A stretch of 64,000 nucleotides of DNA from contig OY970296.1 in NCBI GenBank assembly GCA_963716175.1, positions 3,264,001-3,328,000 on the forward strand, written 5' to 3'. The notes below the pieces were generated by a model, which worked only from the letters and a program-made list of their open reading frames with translations, made no database searches and was not told the origin of the DNA. The DNA comes from an uncultured Armatimonadetes bacterium. GTDB lineage: Bacteria > Armatimonadota > Hebobacteria > Hebobacterales > Hebobacteraceae. Of the stretch, positions 27,757 to 37,165 are shown in pieces. Numbering within the stretch: the stretch's first letter is position 1; every line of letters begins with the position of its first letter. Made by a program: the position numbers and the translations under genes.

Positions 27757-27772
27757 CCGCTTCCCTCCGTCC

Positions 27773-28339
27773 CTATCCCGCCTCGGGAGGGCGTTGATAG
27801 AGGTCAAGTATAGTTTCTCCAAATCGCGCCTGTCTCATTCTCGAAAAGGGGCCAATCTGCTCCCCCAGCTCCTCCCGGCGGGAATGCTGGCAGATGACCA
27901 ACCCGTCGGGCGCCACCAGCCCAGCGCGGTCGGCCAGCGCCTGCATCGCCGCCGGCGCCTCGCCAACGCCGTAGGGCGGGTCCAGGAACACCAGGTCGAA
28001 GCCCGCGCCCTCTCGCTCCAACCGCGCCAGCGCTCGCGCCACCGGCGCCGACAGCACTCGTGCCCGCGCCGCCAGGCCGCAGAGCACCGCGTTTCCCTCG
28101 ATCACTCGTGCCGCTGGCCGGTGGTGCTCCACGAACACGGTCCGGGCCGCGCCCCGGCTCAGCGCCTCCAGGCCTACCGCTCCCGCGCCCGCGTAGAGGT
28201 CCAGAAACCGCGCCCCCTCCACTCGCGCCCCCAGTATGTCGAACAAGGCCTCCCGCACCCGGTCGGCCGTGGGCCGCAGGGCCCGGCCCCGGAGCGAGCG
28301 CAACTGCCGTCCCTTCGCCGCGCCGGCGATGATGCGCAT
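27773..28339 (-). CDS. rsmD: 16S rRNA m2G966 methyltransferase
   Basis: [35 protein letters not shown]. Confidence 0.93.
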   Translation of the reverse strand: MRIIAGAAKGRQLRSLRGRALRPTADRVREALFDILGARVEGARFLDLYAGAGAVGLEALSRGAARTVFVEHHRPAARVIEGNAVLCGLAARARVLSAPVARALARLEREGAGFDLVFLDPPYGVGEAPAAMQALADRAGLVAPDGLVICQHSRREELGEQIGPFSRMRQARFGETILDLYQRPPEAG

Positions 28340-28341
28340 GG

Positions 28342-30864
28342 CTAGCCCGCGGCCCTGTCCATACGCGCCCGCAGCGCAGACACCTGCTCTCGCAATGTGG
28401 CGTGCTCGCTGGCGGCCAGCTCCGGGTCTTGGTCCACCAGCCAGCAGGCCGCCTCCCGCGCCTCCTCCAGCACCCCCATCTCCCGCGCCATTCGCGCCAG
28501 CCGCAGGTCGGGCAGCCCGTGCTGTCTGGTCCCATAGAACTCGCCCGGCCCCCGCAGCAGCAGATCCTCCTCCGCGATCTTGAAACCATCCGACTCTGCG
28601 AGCATCACTTGCAGGCGCCGGCGCGCGGCTTGCAGGGATTCGTCTCCCTGAGGCGTGATCCGCCCTCCGGGATCGTGTCTCCGGTCGGACAGCAGCAGGC
28701 AATGCGACTCGTGCGCCCCTCGCCCCACCCGGCCCCGCAGTTGGTGGAGCTGTGCCAGCCCGAAGCGCTCCGCATTCAGCACCAGCATCACCGTGGCATT
28801 GGGCACATCCACCCCCACCTCGATCACCGTGGTCGTGGTCAGCACGTCAACCTCACCGGCCCGGAAGGCCTCCATCGCCGCGTCCTTCTCCGCCACCTTC
28901 ATCGCCCCATGCAGCAAGCCCACGCGCAGCTCAGGGAATACCTCCCGCGCCAGCTCCTCCGACAGCTTCGTCGCCGCCTCCGCCTGGAGCTTCTCCGACT
29001 CCTCGATCAGGGGGCAGACCACATAGGCCTGTCGCCCCTCGCTGACCTCGCGGCGCACGAACTCGTAGGCCTCTTTCTGCCGGGCCGACGGGAACCACGC
29101 GGTCTTGATCGTCTGTCTCCCGGGGGGCATCTCATCCAGCACCGACAGCTCGAGGTCGCCGTAGAGAGTCAGCGCCAGAGTGCGGGGGATGGGAGTCGCG
29201 GTCATCACCAGGGTGTCAGCCCGGCCTCCTTTCGTGCGCAGTTCCGCCCGCTGCCTCACCCCGAAGCGGTGCTGCTCATCTATGATCACCAGCCCGAGCT
29301 GATGGAACTCCACCCCCTCCTGGATCAGGGCCTGGGTCCCCACTACGACCTGCGCCCGGCCGTCGGCGATCCGGCGCTTGGATTGCTCCCGATCCTGGCC
29401 CCGGAGGGAGCCGGTGAGCAGCTCGACCCTCACCCCGACCGGCTCCAGCAGCCGGGACAGCACCAGGTAGTGCTGCTCGGCCAGCAGCTCGGTGGGGGCC
29501 ATGATCGCCCCCTGATAGCCGTTCTGGAGCGCGATCATGAGGGCGGCCGCGGCCACCACTGTCTTCCCCGAACCCACGTCCCCCTGCAGCAGGCGGCACA
29601 TCGGCAGATCGCAGGCCATGTCGGCCGCCACCTCGGAGATCACGCGCTGCTGGGCGCGGGTAAGAGAGAAGGGGAGCACCTCCTCCATCGCCGCCACCAC
29701 ATCACCTCGGGGCGGCATGGAGAGGCCGCTGCCGGGCTGCTGCCGCTCTCGCTTGCGCTGCGCCAGGGCCACCTGCAGGGTCAGCAGCTCCTCGAAGGCG
29801 AGCCGGCGCGTCGCCGCTTCCTTGCTCCGCGCGGACGAAGGCAGGTGGATCTCGCGCAGCGCGTGGGTGAGCGGCAGCAGGTCGTGCCGCTGTCGCAGCC
29901 CGGCCGGCAGCGGGTCCGGCAAGTCGTCCGGTAGTTCGGCCAGCAGCCGCCGCACAACCGGCCGCACTTGCCCTTGGTAGACGCCATCGGTGAGCGGGTA
30001 GAGCGGCACCAGCCTCCCCGGTTCCAGGGCGGGCATGCTCAGGTCTGCCTCCACTCGCTCCGATCCACTGTACTGAATCTCGATCAGCCGGCCCGCCCGC
30101 CGCACCAGCCCCTCGATCAGCAGCCGCGTGCCCGGCGCGAAGTTCAGGGAGAGAGGAGAGCCCGCGATCGCCATGGCGCGGGGCCCCCTGCGGGGAACCC
30201 GCGCGAATGAGGTCACCCAGGCGCGCCCGCTGCTGTCTGCCACCTCCAAGGCGTAGCGCATCAGCCGAAACCCGCGCCCCTCTCGCGCCACCGCCTCCTC
30301 TCGCGCCACCGCCTCGGCCACTACCGCGGCGCGCTCCCCGTCAACCAGGTCGGCGATGCACCGCAGTGGCAGGTAGTCCCGCGGGAAGTGGTACAGCAGA
30401 TCGCGATTGGTCTCGATTCCCAGCTTGGCCAGCCGCTTCACCCATTGTGGCGGCGATTTCCGCCCGGCGGCCAACGGCTCCTGTAGGGCGGGCATTCCCA
30501 TGCCCGCCGGTTCTGTAGGGCGGCCATTCCGGAGTCTGCCCTGAGCGAAGGCGAAGGGCCCGCCGGCAGTTCGTCGTGCCCTGGAACCATCTAGCTGCGC
30601 CAGCAATCCCAGCGCGCCCTCGACCCGCGCCTTCCTCTGCTCGGCGTCACTGCGGGCATAGTCCGCCAGCGTCTCGCAGATCCCGCGGCAGCACTTCCGC
30701 GCCACCTCCGTCTCCACCAGGGCCAGCGCGCGCTCGGCCCAGCGGCGCGCGTACTCCGCGATGCTTACCCCGATCACCGCGGTGTCGCGGTAGCCCTTCC
30801 GCGCCTCGGCCTGCAATGGGCCGGCCAGGGCGCGCACGATCTCCTTGAGGTCGTCGGCCGCCAT
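28342..30864 (-). CDS. recG: ATP-dependent DNA helicase RecG
   Basis: LQGDVGSGKT, MAPTELLAEQH, IIDEQHRFG, MTATPIPRTL, QLRGRVGRG, DLLLRGPGE. Confidence 0.96.
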   Translation of the reverse strand: MAADDLKEIVRALAGPLQAEARKGYRDTAVIGVSIAEYARRWAERALALVETEVARKCCRGICETLADYARSDAEQRKARVEGALGLLAQLDGSRARRTAGGPFAFAQGRLRNGRPTEPAGMGMPALQEPLAAGRKSPPQWVKRLAKLGIETNRDLLYHFPRDYLPLRCIADLVDGERAAVVAEAVAREEAVAREGRGFRLMRYALEVADSSGRAWVTSFARVPRRGPRAMAIAGSPLSLNFAPGTRLLIEGLVRRAGRLIEIQYSGSERVEADLSMPALEPGRLVPLYPLTDGVYQGQVRPVVRRLLAELPDDLPDPLPAGLRQRHDLLPLTHALREIHLPSSARSKEAATRRLAFEELLTLQVALAQRKRERQQPGSGLSMPPRGDVVAAMEEVLPFSLTRAQQRVISEVAADMACDLPMCRLLQGDVGSGKTVVAAAALMIALQNGYQGAIMAPTELLAEQHYLVLSRLLEPVGVRVELLTGSLRGQDREQSKRRIADGRAQVVVGTQALIQEGVEFHQLGLVIIDEQHRFGVRQRAELRTKGGRADTLVMTATPIPRTLALTLYGDLELSVLDEMPPGRQTIKTAWFPSARQKEAYEFVRREVSEGRQAYVVCPLIEESEKLQAEAATKLSEELAREVFPELRVGLLHGAMKVAEKDAAMEAFRAGEVDVLTTTTVIEVGVDVPNATVMLVLNAERFGLAQLHQLRGRVGRGAHESHCLLLSDRRHDPGGRITPQGDESLQAARRRLQVMLAESDGFKIAEEDLLLRGPGEFYGTRQHGLPDLRLARMAREMGVLEEAREAACWLVDQDPELAASEHATLREQVSALRARMDRAAG
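30482..30566. repeat. Composite REP element inserted in-frame in recG
   Basis: TGTAGGGCGGGCATTCCCATGCCCGCC and TGTAGGGCGGCC..CCCTGAGCGAAGGCGAAGGG; same units as 987-1075. Confidence 0.78.
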
Positions 30865-30900
30865 GGGACCAATGTTACAGGAGGATGAGGACGAGGACAA
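30865..30900 (-). promoter_or_regulatory. Sigma70-type promoter of recG, probably leaderless
   Basis: TTGTCC-N17-TAACAT-N7-ATG, no Shine-Dalgarno. Confidence 0.55.
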
Positions 30901-30921
30901 CCGGCCCAGCGCTCCGCCAAG

Positions 30922-30950
30922 TGTAGGGCGGGCACTCCCGTGCCCGCCGG
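30922..30950. repeat. REP unit
   Basis: TGTAGGGCGGGCACTCCCGTGCCCGCCGG between serpin and recG. Confidence 0.8.
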
Positions 30951-30979
30951 CCGTCTCGCGGGCGCAATGAACTGCGCCC

Positions 30980-32305
30980 CTACGTCTTCGGGTTCAGCAC
31001 CCGCCCCACGAACAGCACTGTGCCTGTCCCGCGGTCTCGGATCAGGAAGATGAAGGGGCGGTCCACGGTGAACTCGACAATCCGGCTCGGGGCGGCTGCT
31101 CCTCCCGCCATGGCGATGGCAGTAGCGGCGGCCGCCTGCGTGCCCTCCTCGTTGACTCGCACCAGGGCCTTGTGCAGCACATTGGTGATCCGTAGCTTGC
31201 CGTCCATGCCCGAGAAATCCGCGGCGCCAGTAAAGGCGTCGTACATGCCCAGGGCCGCCAGGGTCTTGTTCAGCCAGAACGGCGACTCGTACTCGAACTT
31301 GGGCATGGTGAGCGCGACCCGGGTGGTGGCGAACGGCGGCAGGCCCTTGAGGATCTTCTTCACCCGGTCGGCGCTCAGGGTGGCGTCGAAGCTCTCGAAG
31401 CGGCCGGGTCGGGGCAGGAGGACGACCATGGAAAGCTCCTGGTCGCTATAGGGAAGCTCAACCGCCTGGTAGCCGTCGCCCTCGGTGTAGCCGAACTCCT
31501 CGGTCTGGCGCATCATCTCGACGCCGACCTTCTTCCCGTCGAGCAGAGTGAACTCCCCGGGGCAGTTCATGCGGGGGTTGAACCGGTGCAGCCAGGCGGC
31601 GTCGAAGTAGATGGCATTGGTGAGGATGAGCATAGTCTGGCCCGGGATAATCAGGCCCGGCGGGATGAGGTCCTGGATCTTGAGATTAGTCTGGTTGGCG
31701 ACCCAGTCGTTGATCGCCGCCCGGGCCGGCTCGGGATCCCCGAAGTTCACTAGCCTCATCCCCGCGCCGTAGTCGCGCGCCAGGAGGTCGAGGTAAGTGG
31801 GCAGGAAGTGGTAGCCTTGCTGGCCCCAGAGCGCGTTGGCCACGGTCAGCCGGAAGGGCTCGCCCCGCGTGCCGGCCGCCCGCCGGCCGCGCTGGGCCAG
31901 CGTCAGGTCGAGCGCGTCGAAGGCGGGATGCAGCTTCGCCTGGGGCAGCTTGAAGTGCAGCGCCTTCGCCATCTGCCGCTCGGTCTCGCCACGGGCGCCG
32001 GCATAGGTCATGGCCAGCGCCATGGAGAGGCTGTAGGGAGAGAAGAACAGGTTGCCATCTTGCGGCCGCAAGACCTGGTAGAGGGAGAAGGCGAAGTCGG
32101 TGTTGCCTGCCACCAGCGCCGCTTGGTCCGCCTTCCCAACATGGGGCGAGGCCTCGCGCGGCTGGCTCGATTCGACCTTCTCGATGGCCCCGGCCTCGCC
32201 GGAGTAGGCGGCCTGGGCCGAGCCCGAGGTGGGTGACGGCCCCCGGGAGCAGCCGGCCAACAGCGACATCAGAATCAGCACCAGCAGAGCCTGTCTCATG
32301 GTCAT
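30980..32305 (-). CDS. Serpin (serine protease inhibitor), lipoprotein
   Basis: Lipobox LLAGC; NLFFSPYS, INDWV..T..KI, NAIYF, hinge VNEEGTQAAAATA, VDRPFIFLI, LFVGRVLNP. Confidence 0.93.
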   Translation of the reverse strand: MTMRQALLVLILMSLLAGCSRGPSPTSGSAQAAYSGEAGAIEKVESSQPREASPHVGKADQAALVAGNTDFAFSLYQVLRPQDGNLFFSPYSLSMALAMTYAGARGETERQMAKALHFKLPQAKLHPAFDALDLTLAQRGRRAAGTRGEPFRLTVANALWGQQGYHFLPTYLDLLARDYGAGMRLVNFGDPEPARAAINDWVANQTNLKIQDLIPPGLIIPGQTMLILTNAIYFDAAWLHRFNPRMNCPGEFTLLDGKKVGVEMMRQTEEFGYTEGDGYQAVELPYSDQELSMVVLLPRPGRFESFDATLSADRVKKILKGLPPFATTRVALTMPKFEYESPFWLNKTLAALGMYDAFTGAADFSGMDGKLRITNVLHKALVRVNEEGTQAAAATAIAMAGGAAAPSRIVEFTVDRPFIFLIRDRGTGTVLFVGRVLNPKT

Positions 32306-32418
32306 GCCCTCACTCTCTCTTTGACGTCGTGGCCGGCCCCGGTGTTCCGGGACTGCAACGCTCGGCGTGAGTCGTCGACCGCGTGCTCTTTCGTTGCAGC
32401 GGTCAGCCTCTGCCGTTG

Positions 32419-32555
32419 TTGTAGGGCGGCCATGCGCCCCGGAGGAAAGGCGCAGGGGCGCATAGCCGCCGCGAGGCCGATACCCTGCCCCATTCCCACC
32501 AGGCGGCGGCGATGCCTCCTGCTTCCGCGAAGCAGTCAGCATGGCCGCCCTACAA
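32419..32555. repeat. Inverted REP pair (REPIN-like)
   Basis: TTGTAGGGCGGCCATGC (32419-32435) and its exact reverse complement (32539-32555). Confidence 0.8.
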
Positions 32556-32703
32556 ACTCACGCTCGTGCTCACTTCGCCCGGTGTTCCGGGACTTCGGTC
32601 CCGACAGCGCTGCGCCCTCAGCTTCGCTGATAGGCAAGGAGCTCCTGCCCGCCTGAACACCCCTCCCAGGACGCAGGCATCAGCTTGTCGAATTGGCTCT
32701 GCT

Positions 32704-33663
32704 ATGAGCGCGAGAGCAGTCTGGGGCTGCTCGCCCCTGATGCTTCTGGCCCTCCTTGCTGCGGGGCCGGCTGGCCCTGCGGCCGGCGGGCAAGCCCGCC
32801 ACGCGGCCGGCGGGCAAGCCCTGCGGCCGGCCGTGGTGCAGGTCGAGACCGACATAGACGCCTTCTCCCTCGGGCCGGGCCTGAACGCCGAGCTGGCCGC
32901 GCGCCAGCCCTGGACCGCCTATGAGGCCGAGCTGGCCCGTCGCCTGCGCCTGGGCAGCACTGGCACCGGGTTCTTCGTGAACGTGCGCGGCGATCTGGTC
33001 ACCAACGCACACGTGGTGCTGAGCGGGGTGCGATACCGCACGCTGCCGTTCCCGCAGAGCGAATGGGATTCGCTGACCAGCCTGCTCACTGCCATCCGCG
33101 ACGTCTGGGTCACAGTAGGGGAGGGAGAGCAGGCCCGCTGCTATGTCGCGGCGCCGGTGGCGATCGCAGAGGACCTGGACCTGGCGGTGCTGCGAGTGGC
33201 GCTCCCGCCGGGCGATGAGACCAAGTTCAGCTACCTCACGATCGGCTCCTCCGACGCGCTGCGGGCGGGACAGGCGGTCACCGTGCTCGGGTTCCCGGAG
33301 AACGAGTTCCAGGCCAGCGCGGGCGAGATCCTCTCGCTCATCTATGGCTCCCACGTGCACGAGGAGATGACCCTGGTCCGGCGCGGTTCCGGCGAGCCAG
33401 GCCAGCCTCCGGTGACGGTGAGCGGCAGCACGCCGGGCCCCGTCGTCCGCCTCCAGCACAACGCCCCCACCGGCCACGGCAGCAGTGGCAGCCCGCTGCT
33501 CGACGCCAAAAACCGGGTCATCGGGCTGGCCTACGCCACACTGGTGGCGCGCAGCCCCGATCGCGTGGTCCCGGAGCGCGACCTGAACCTGGCGATCGCC
33601 TCCGATGTGATCAAGCGCTTTCTTAAGAGCCACGCTGTTCCTTTCACCGAGGCGCCGCGATGA
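32704..33663 (+). CDS. Secreted trypsin-like (S1) serine protease
   Basis: GTGFFV, TNAHVV (His), DLAVL (Asp), GSSGSPL (Ser); signal peptide. Confidence 0.87.
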   Translation: MSARAVWGCSPLMLLALLAAGPAGPAAGGQARHAAGGQALRPAVVQVETDIDAFSLGPGLNAELAARQPWTAYEAELARRLRLGSTGTGFFVNVRGDLVTNAHVVLSGVRYRTLPFPQSEWDSLTSLLTAIRDVWVTVGEGEQARCYVAAPVAIAEDLDLAVLRVALPPGDETKFSYLTIGSSDALRAGQAVTVLGFPENEFQASAGEILSLIYGSHVHEEMTLVRRGSGEPGQPPVTVSGSTPGPVVRLQHNAPTGHGSSGSPLLDAKNRVIGLAYATLVARSPDRVVPERDLNLAIASDVIKRFLKSHAVPFTEAPR

Positions 33664-34569
33664 AACGCGTGGCGCTCCTCGCTCTACTGGTGCTGGCCGC
33701 GGCGATCCCAGATGGGTGGGCGGCCGAGCCCTCCCGGTCGGGCCCTGCCCAGTCGGCGGCGCCCTACTCCTCCAGCCCCGATGTCCTCCAGGCGCGGCTG
33801 GAGGAGGATCCCTACGACTACCGGGCTCGACAGCAACTGGTGCAGGCCTACCAGGAGGCGGGCGGCCACGCCGCCGGCTACTATCAGGCGGCCTGGCTGG
33901 CCTGGCTGGCGCCCCGCCGCTACGCGCAGTCAGGTGCGAGTCTGCTTCGCGATCGGCGGGAGCGAGACCGGGCGGCAGCGGAAGGCGGGGCGCCGGCGGC
34001 CGCGGTGATCGCCGCCGGCGACGCCGCGAGATCTCTCGCCGACACCTGCCTCAATGGCGCCATCTCGGTGCAGGCCCCGCGCCTGCGGGCAGAGGTGGAG
34101 GAACTCATCTCCCGGGCCGAGCAAGCGGATGCCAGCGCGAGCCGCGCCGACCCGGTGGTGCGCGTCGCCCTCGCCCATCTCTACCTCACCCTCGACGACT
34201 GCCTGCTGCTGGAGGACACTGCGGCCAGCCGCCGCGCCCGGCCCCGCGCTGCAGAAAGCGGCCAGCCTGGCGGCCGCGGTGGCAGGCTGGCTGCCCAAGA
34301 GCCCGGCCGCGCATCGCACACTCGCGGTCGCCCGCGCCCGCCTGGCCCAGCTGGAGAACCGGGCCGAGCTCTGGGATCTGGCGATTCAGGAGTGCGAGAT
34401 GGCGCAGGCCCTGGATCCCGACGACCCCGCTCTCTCCGAGATGGTGTGGACCCTGCACCTGCGAGCCGGCCACTGGGCCGAAGCCAAGCGCTGGCAGACG
34501 GGCGGGCCGGCCACGGGGGCCGCCGGCGATGTGTCACCGAAGAAACAAGGATCCGCGCAGGGCAAGTAG
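33660..34569 (+). CDS. Secreted TPR-like protein, probable frameshift near 34248
   Basis: Signal peptide; LEEDPYDYRARQQL; helical continuation in alternate frame (AQALDPDD..GHWAEAKRW). Confidence 0.6.
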
Positions 34570-34688
34570 GGAAATCCGTCCTGCCAGCGAACCCGGAACT
34601 GGCTAGCTTTCCGCGCTGGGATTCCGCAGTGTTCCACCTGAGATTGGCCGCCGGATTCTGCCTCTTGGGCAGAAAGGGGGAGCCAGAG

Positions 34689-34922
34689 GTGGACGTACCA
34701 TGCCCAAGCTGCGGGGCGACGAACTGGCTCGAGAACCAGAGCCGGTGTCACCAGTGCAGCGCCATTCTCCGGCGCTGTAAGGACTGCAGCAACTACGACA
34801 GCCGGAAGCAGCTCTGCCGCACCACCCAGGACGAAGTTGACGCCTACGAAGCCGGACACCCCACGCTGCTATCCACCAGCACCAACTGCCTCAGCTACCG
34901 CTACGCCGCCGGAGCCACTTAG
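34689..34922 (+). CDS. Small 8-Cys zinc-binding-like protein
   Basis: AAAGGGGGAG then GTG; CPSC..CHQC..LRRCKDCSNYD..C..PT..STNC; paralog at 46249-46485. Confidence 0.72.
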   Translation: MDVPCPSCGATNWLENQSRCHQCSAILRRCKDCSNYDSRKQLCRTTQDEVDAYEAGHPTLLSTSTNCLSYRYAAGAT

Positions 34923-34985
34923 CCGGAGCTGGCGATCAAGCCGACTTCAGCCTTCGCCCGCCGCGCTGGCCCGCCTCGGGCGGGG

Positions 34986-37163
34986 TCAGCCGCGCCGGGT
35001 GCGATCGACGCGCAGCACATCGCTGAGGGCGCCGATCCGGTCCATGATCCTCCCCAGGTGCTTGCGATCCTTCACCTCCAGGGTGAGATCGAAGCGCGCG
35101 GTCTTGGGCTTGCCTCCGGTTCTCACTCTGGCCTCCACGATGTTGGTGCTGGTGCCGCTGATGATGCTCGTGATATCACTCAGCAGCCCCACCCGGTCCA
35201 GCGCCTCCACCTGGATCACCACCTGGAAATAGGCCTCCGGGCTCAGCGTCCACTCCAGCGTGGCCATGCGGCCGGGCTCTTTTCGCGAGTAGTAGCTGAC
35301 ATTGGGGCAGTTCGCCCGGTGGACGGTCACTCCGCGGCCGCGGGTGATGAACCCCACGATCGGGTCACCCGGCACTGGCGCGCAGCAGCGGGAGAGCCGG
35401 AAGAGCACATCCGTCACTCCCCCCACGCTGATCGCCAGCCGTAGGCTGCCCTGCTCCTTTCGCGCCGGCCGCTTCTTCGCCTTGGCCGCGGGGGGCTCGC
35501 CCCGCAGCCGCCGCACCACTGCTTCCGGGCCCAGGTCGCCATAGCCCACGGCGGCGTACAGGTCCTCCGCCGAGCTGTAGTTCAGGCTCAGCGCCAGTTT
35601 CTCCAGGGCCTCCTCCTGCAGCACCTGCGGGGGCTGCAGCCCCAGCCGCTGGCACTCCTCCTCCAGCCGCTCCCGCCCCCGGGCGATGCTCTCCTCTCGC
35701 TGCTGCCGGCGATACCAGGTCTTGATGCGGCTCTTCGCCTGAGAGGTGGCGACGAAGGAGAGCCAGTCCAGGCTGGGCCGCGCCCCGGCCCGGGAGGAGG
35801 TGATGATCTCGGCCACATCCCCGTTCTCGAACACGTAGCTCAGGGGCACCATCCTGCCGTTGACCTTCGCCCCCACACAGGTGTTGCCCACCTCGCTGTG
35901 AATCCGGTAGGCGAAGTCCACCGAGGTCGAGCCCGCGGGAAGATCAATCACATCTCCCTTGGGGGTGAACACGAACACCTGGTCCTTGAACAGATCGAGC
36001 TTGAGCGATTCCAGCCACTCCTGCGGATCGCGCAGGTCGCTGTGCAGGTCCAGAAGCTGGCGCAGCCAGGAGAGCTTGGATTCGGTCTCCAGATCGCCGC
36101 TCGCCCCCTCCTTGTAGCGCCAGTGAGCGGCCACCCCGTACTCCGCTCTGCGGTGCATCGCCCAGGTGCGAATCTGCACCTCCAGCGGCTGCCCGTGCGG
36201 GCCCACCACCTTGGTGTGCAGCGACTGGTACATATTGGATTTCGGCTTGGCGATATAGTCGGTGAACATGTTGGGCAGCGGCAGCCAGAGGGAATGCACC
36301 ACCCCCAGCGCGGTGTAGCACTCCGGCTCCGTGTTCACCACCACCCGGATCGCTTCCAGGTCGAGAATCTGATCGAAGTCCACCGACTGCTTCTGCATCT
36401 TCTGGTAGATGCTGTAGAAGTGCTTGGGCCGCCCCTCGATCTCGGCCTTCACGCCCATCGCCTCCAGCCGCGCCCGGAGTTGAGCGATCGCGTCCTGGAT
36501 GGTGGCCACGCGCTCGGCCCGGCTGCGCGCCACCGCCCGCACGATCTCCTGGTAGGGTTCCGCCTCCAGGTGGCGCAGGGCCAGATCCTCCAGCTCCCAC
36601 TTGTAGCGCCAGATCCCCAGGCGGTGGGCGATAGGGGCGAAGATCTGCAGTGTCTCCTGGGCCACCTCCTGCCGCCGCTCCTCGGGAAGCGGCGCCAGGG
36701 TGCGCATGTTGTGCAGCCGGTCCGCGAGCTTGATCAGGATCACCCGCAGATCCTTCGCCATGGCCAGCAGCATGCGCCGCAGATTCTGCGCCTGCCGCTC
36801 CCTGCCCGTGTCGAACTGGATGCGCCGCAGCTTGGTCACCCCGTCCACCAGACCCGCGATCTCCGGACCGAACCGCGCCTGCACCTCCTCCAGGCCATGG
36901 CCGGTGTCCTCCACCACGTCGTGCAGCAGCGCTGCCGCCAGGGTGGCCTGGTCCAGCTCCAGTTCGGCCAGCACCGAGGCCACCTCCAGGGGATGGCTCA
37001 CGTAATCGTCGCCGGTGAGCCGCTTCTGCCCGGCATGGGCGGCGGCCGAGAACTCGTAGGCGCGGGTGAGCAGCTCCCGGTCCACCTCGGGGTTGTACGA
37101 GGCCACCTGGTCGAGCAGCCCCTGGATCGTCGTCGCCGCCGTTTCTCCGATTGCCCCTGCCAT
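34986..37163 (-). CDS. relA: Bifunctional (p)ppGpp synthetase/hydrolase (long RSH)
   Basis: HDVVED, IKLADRLHNMRT, GRPKHFYSIY, YQSLHT, EVQIRT, TGS (DFAY), CC and ACT domains. Confidence 0.96.
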   Translation of the reverse strand: MAGAIGETAATTIQGLLDQVASYNPEVDRELLTRAYEFSAAAHAGQKRLTGDDYVSHPLEVASVLAELELDQATLAAALLHDVVEDTGHGLEEVQARFGPEIAGLVDGVTKLRRIQFDTGRERQAQNLRRMLLAMAKDLRVILIKLADRLHNMRTLAPLPEERRQEVAQETLQIFAPIAHRLGIWRYKWELEDLALRHLEAEPYQEIVRAVARSRAERVATIQDAIAQLRARLEAMGVKAEIEGRPKHFYSIYQKMQKQSVDFDQILDLEAIRVVVNTEPECYTALGVVHSLWLPLPNMFTDYIAKPKSNMYQSLHTKVVGPHGQPLEVQIRTWAMHRRAEYGVAAHWRYKEGASGDLETESKLSWLRQLLDLHSDLRDPQEWLESLKLDLFKDQVFVFTPKGDVIDLPAGSTSVDFAYRIHSEVGNTCVGAKVNGRMVPLSYVFENGDVAEIITSSRAGARPSLDWLSFVATSQAKSRIKTWYRRQQREESIARGRERLEEECQRLGLQPPQVLQEEALEKLALSLNYSSAEDLYAAVGYGDLGPEAVVRRLRGEPPAAKAKKRPARKEQGSLRLAISVGGVTDVLFRLSRCCAPVPGDPIVGFITRGRGVTVHRANCPNVSYYSRKEPGRMATLEWTLSPEAYFQVVIQVEALDRVGLLSDITSIISGTSTNIVEARVRTGGKPKTARFDLTLEVKDRKHLGRIMDRIGALSDVLRVDRTRRG

Positions 37164-37165
37164 GG

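Noticed and set aside
26758-27822. Apparent CoaD/coiled-coil fusion ORF
   Set aside because: Produced by the +1 frameshift in coaD; the CoaD C-terminus is intact in another frame
33660-34922. Apparent TPR-zinc finger fusion (420 aa)
   Set aside because: Middle part is out-of-frame sequence after an indel near 34248; the Cys-rich gene has its own RBS
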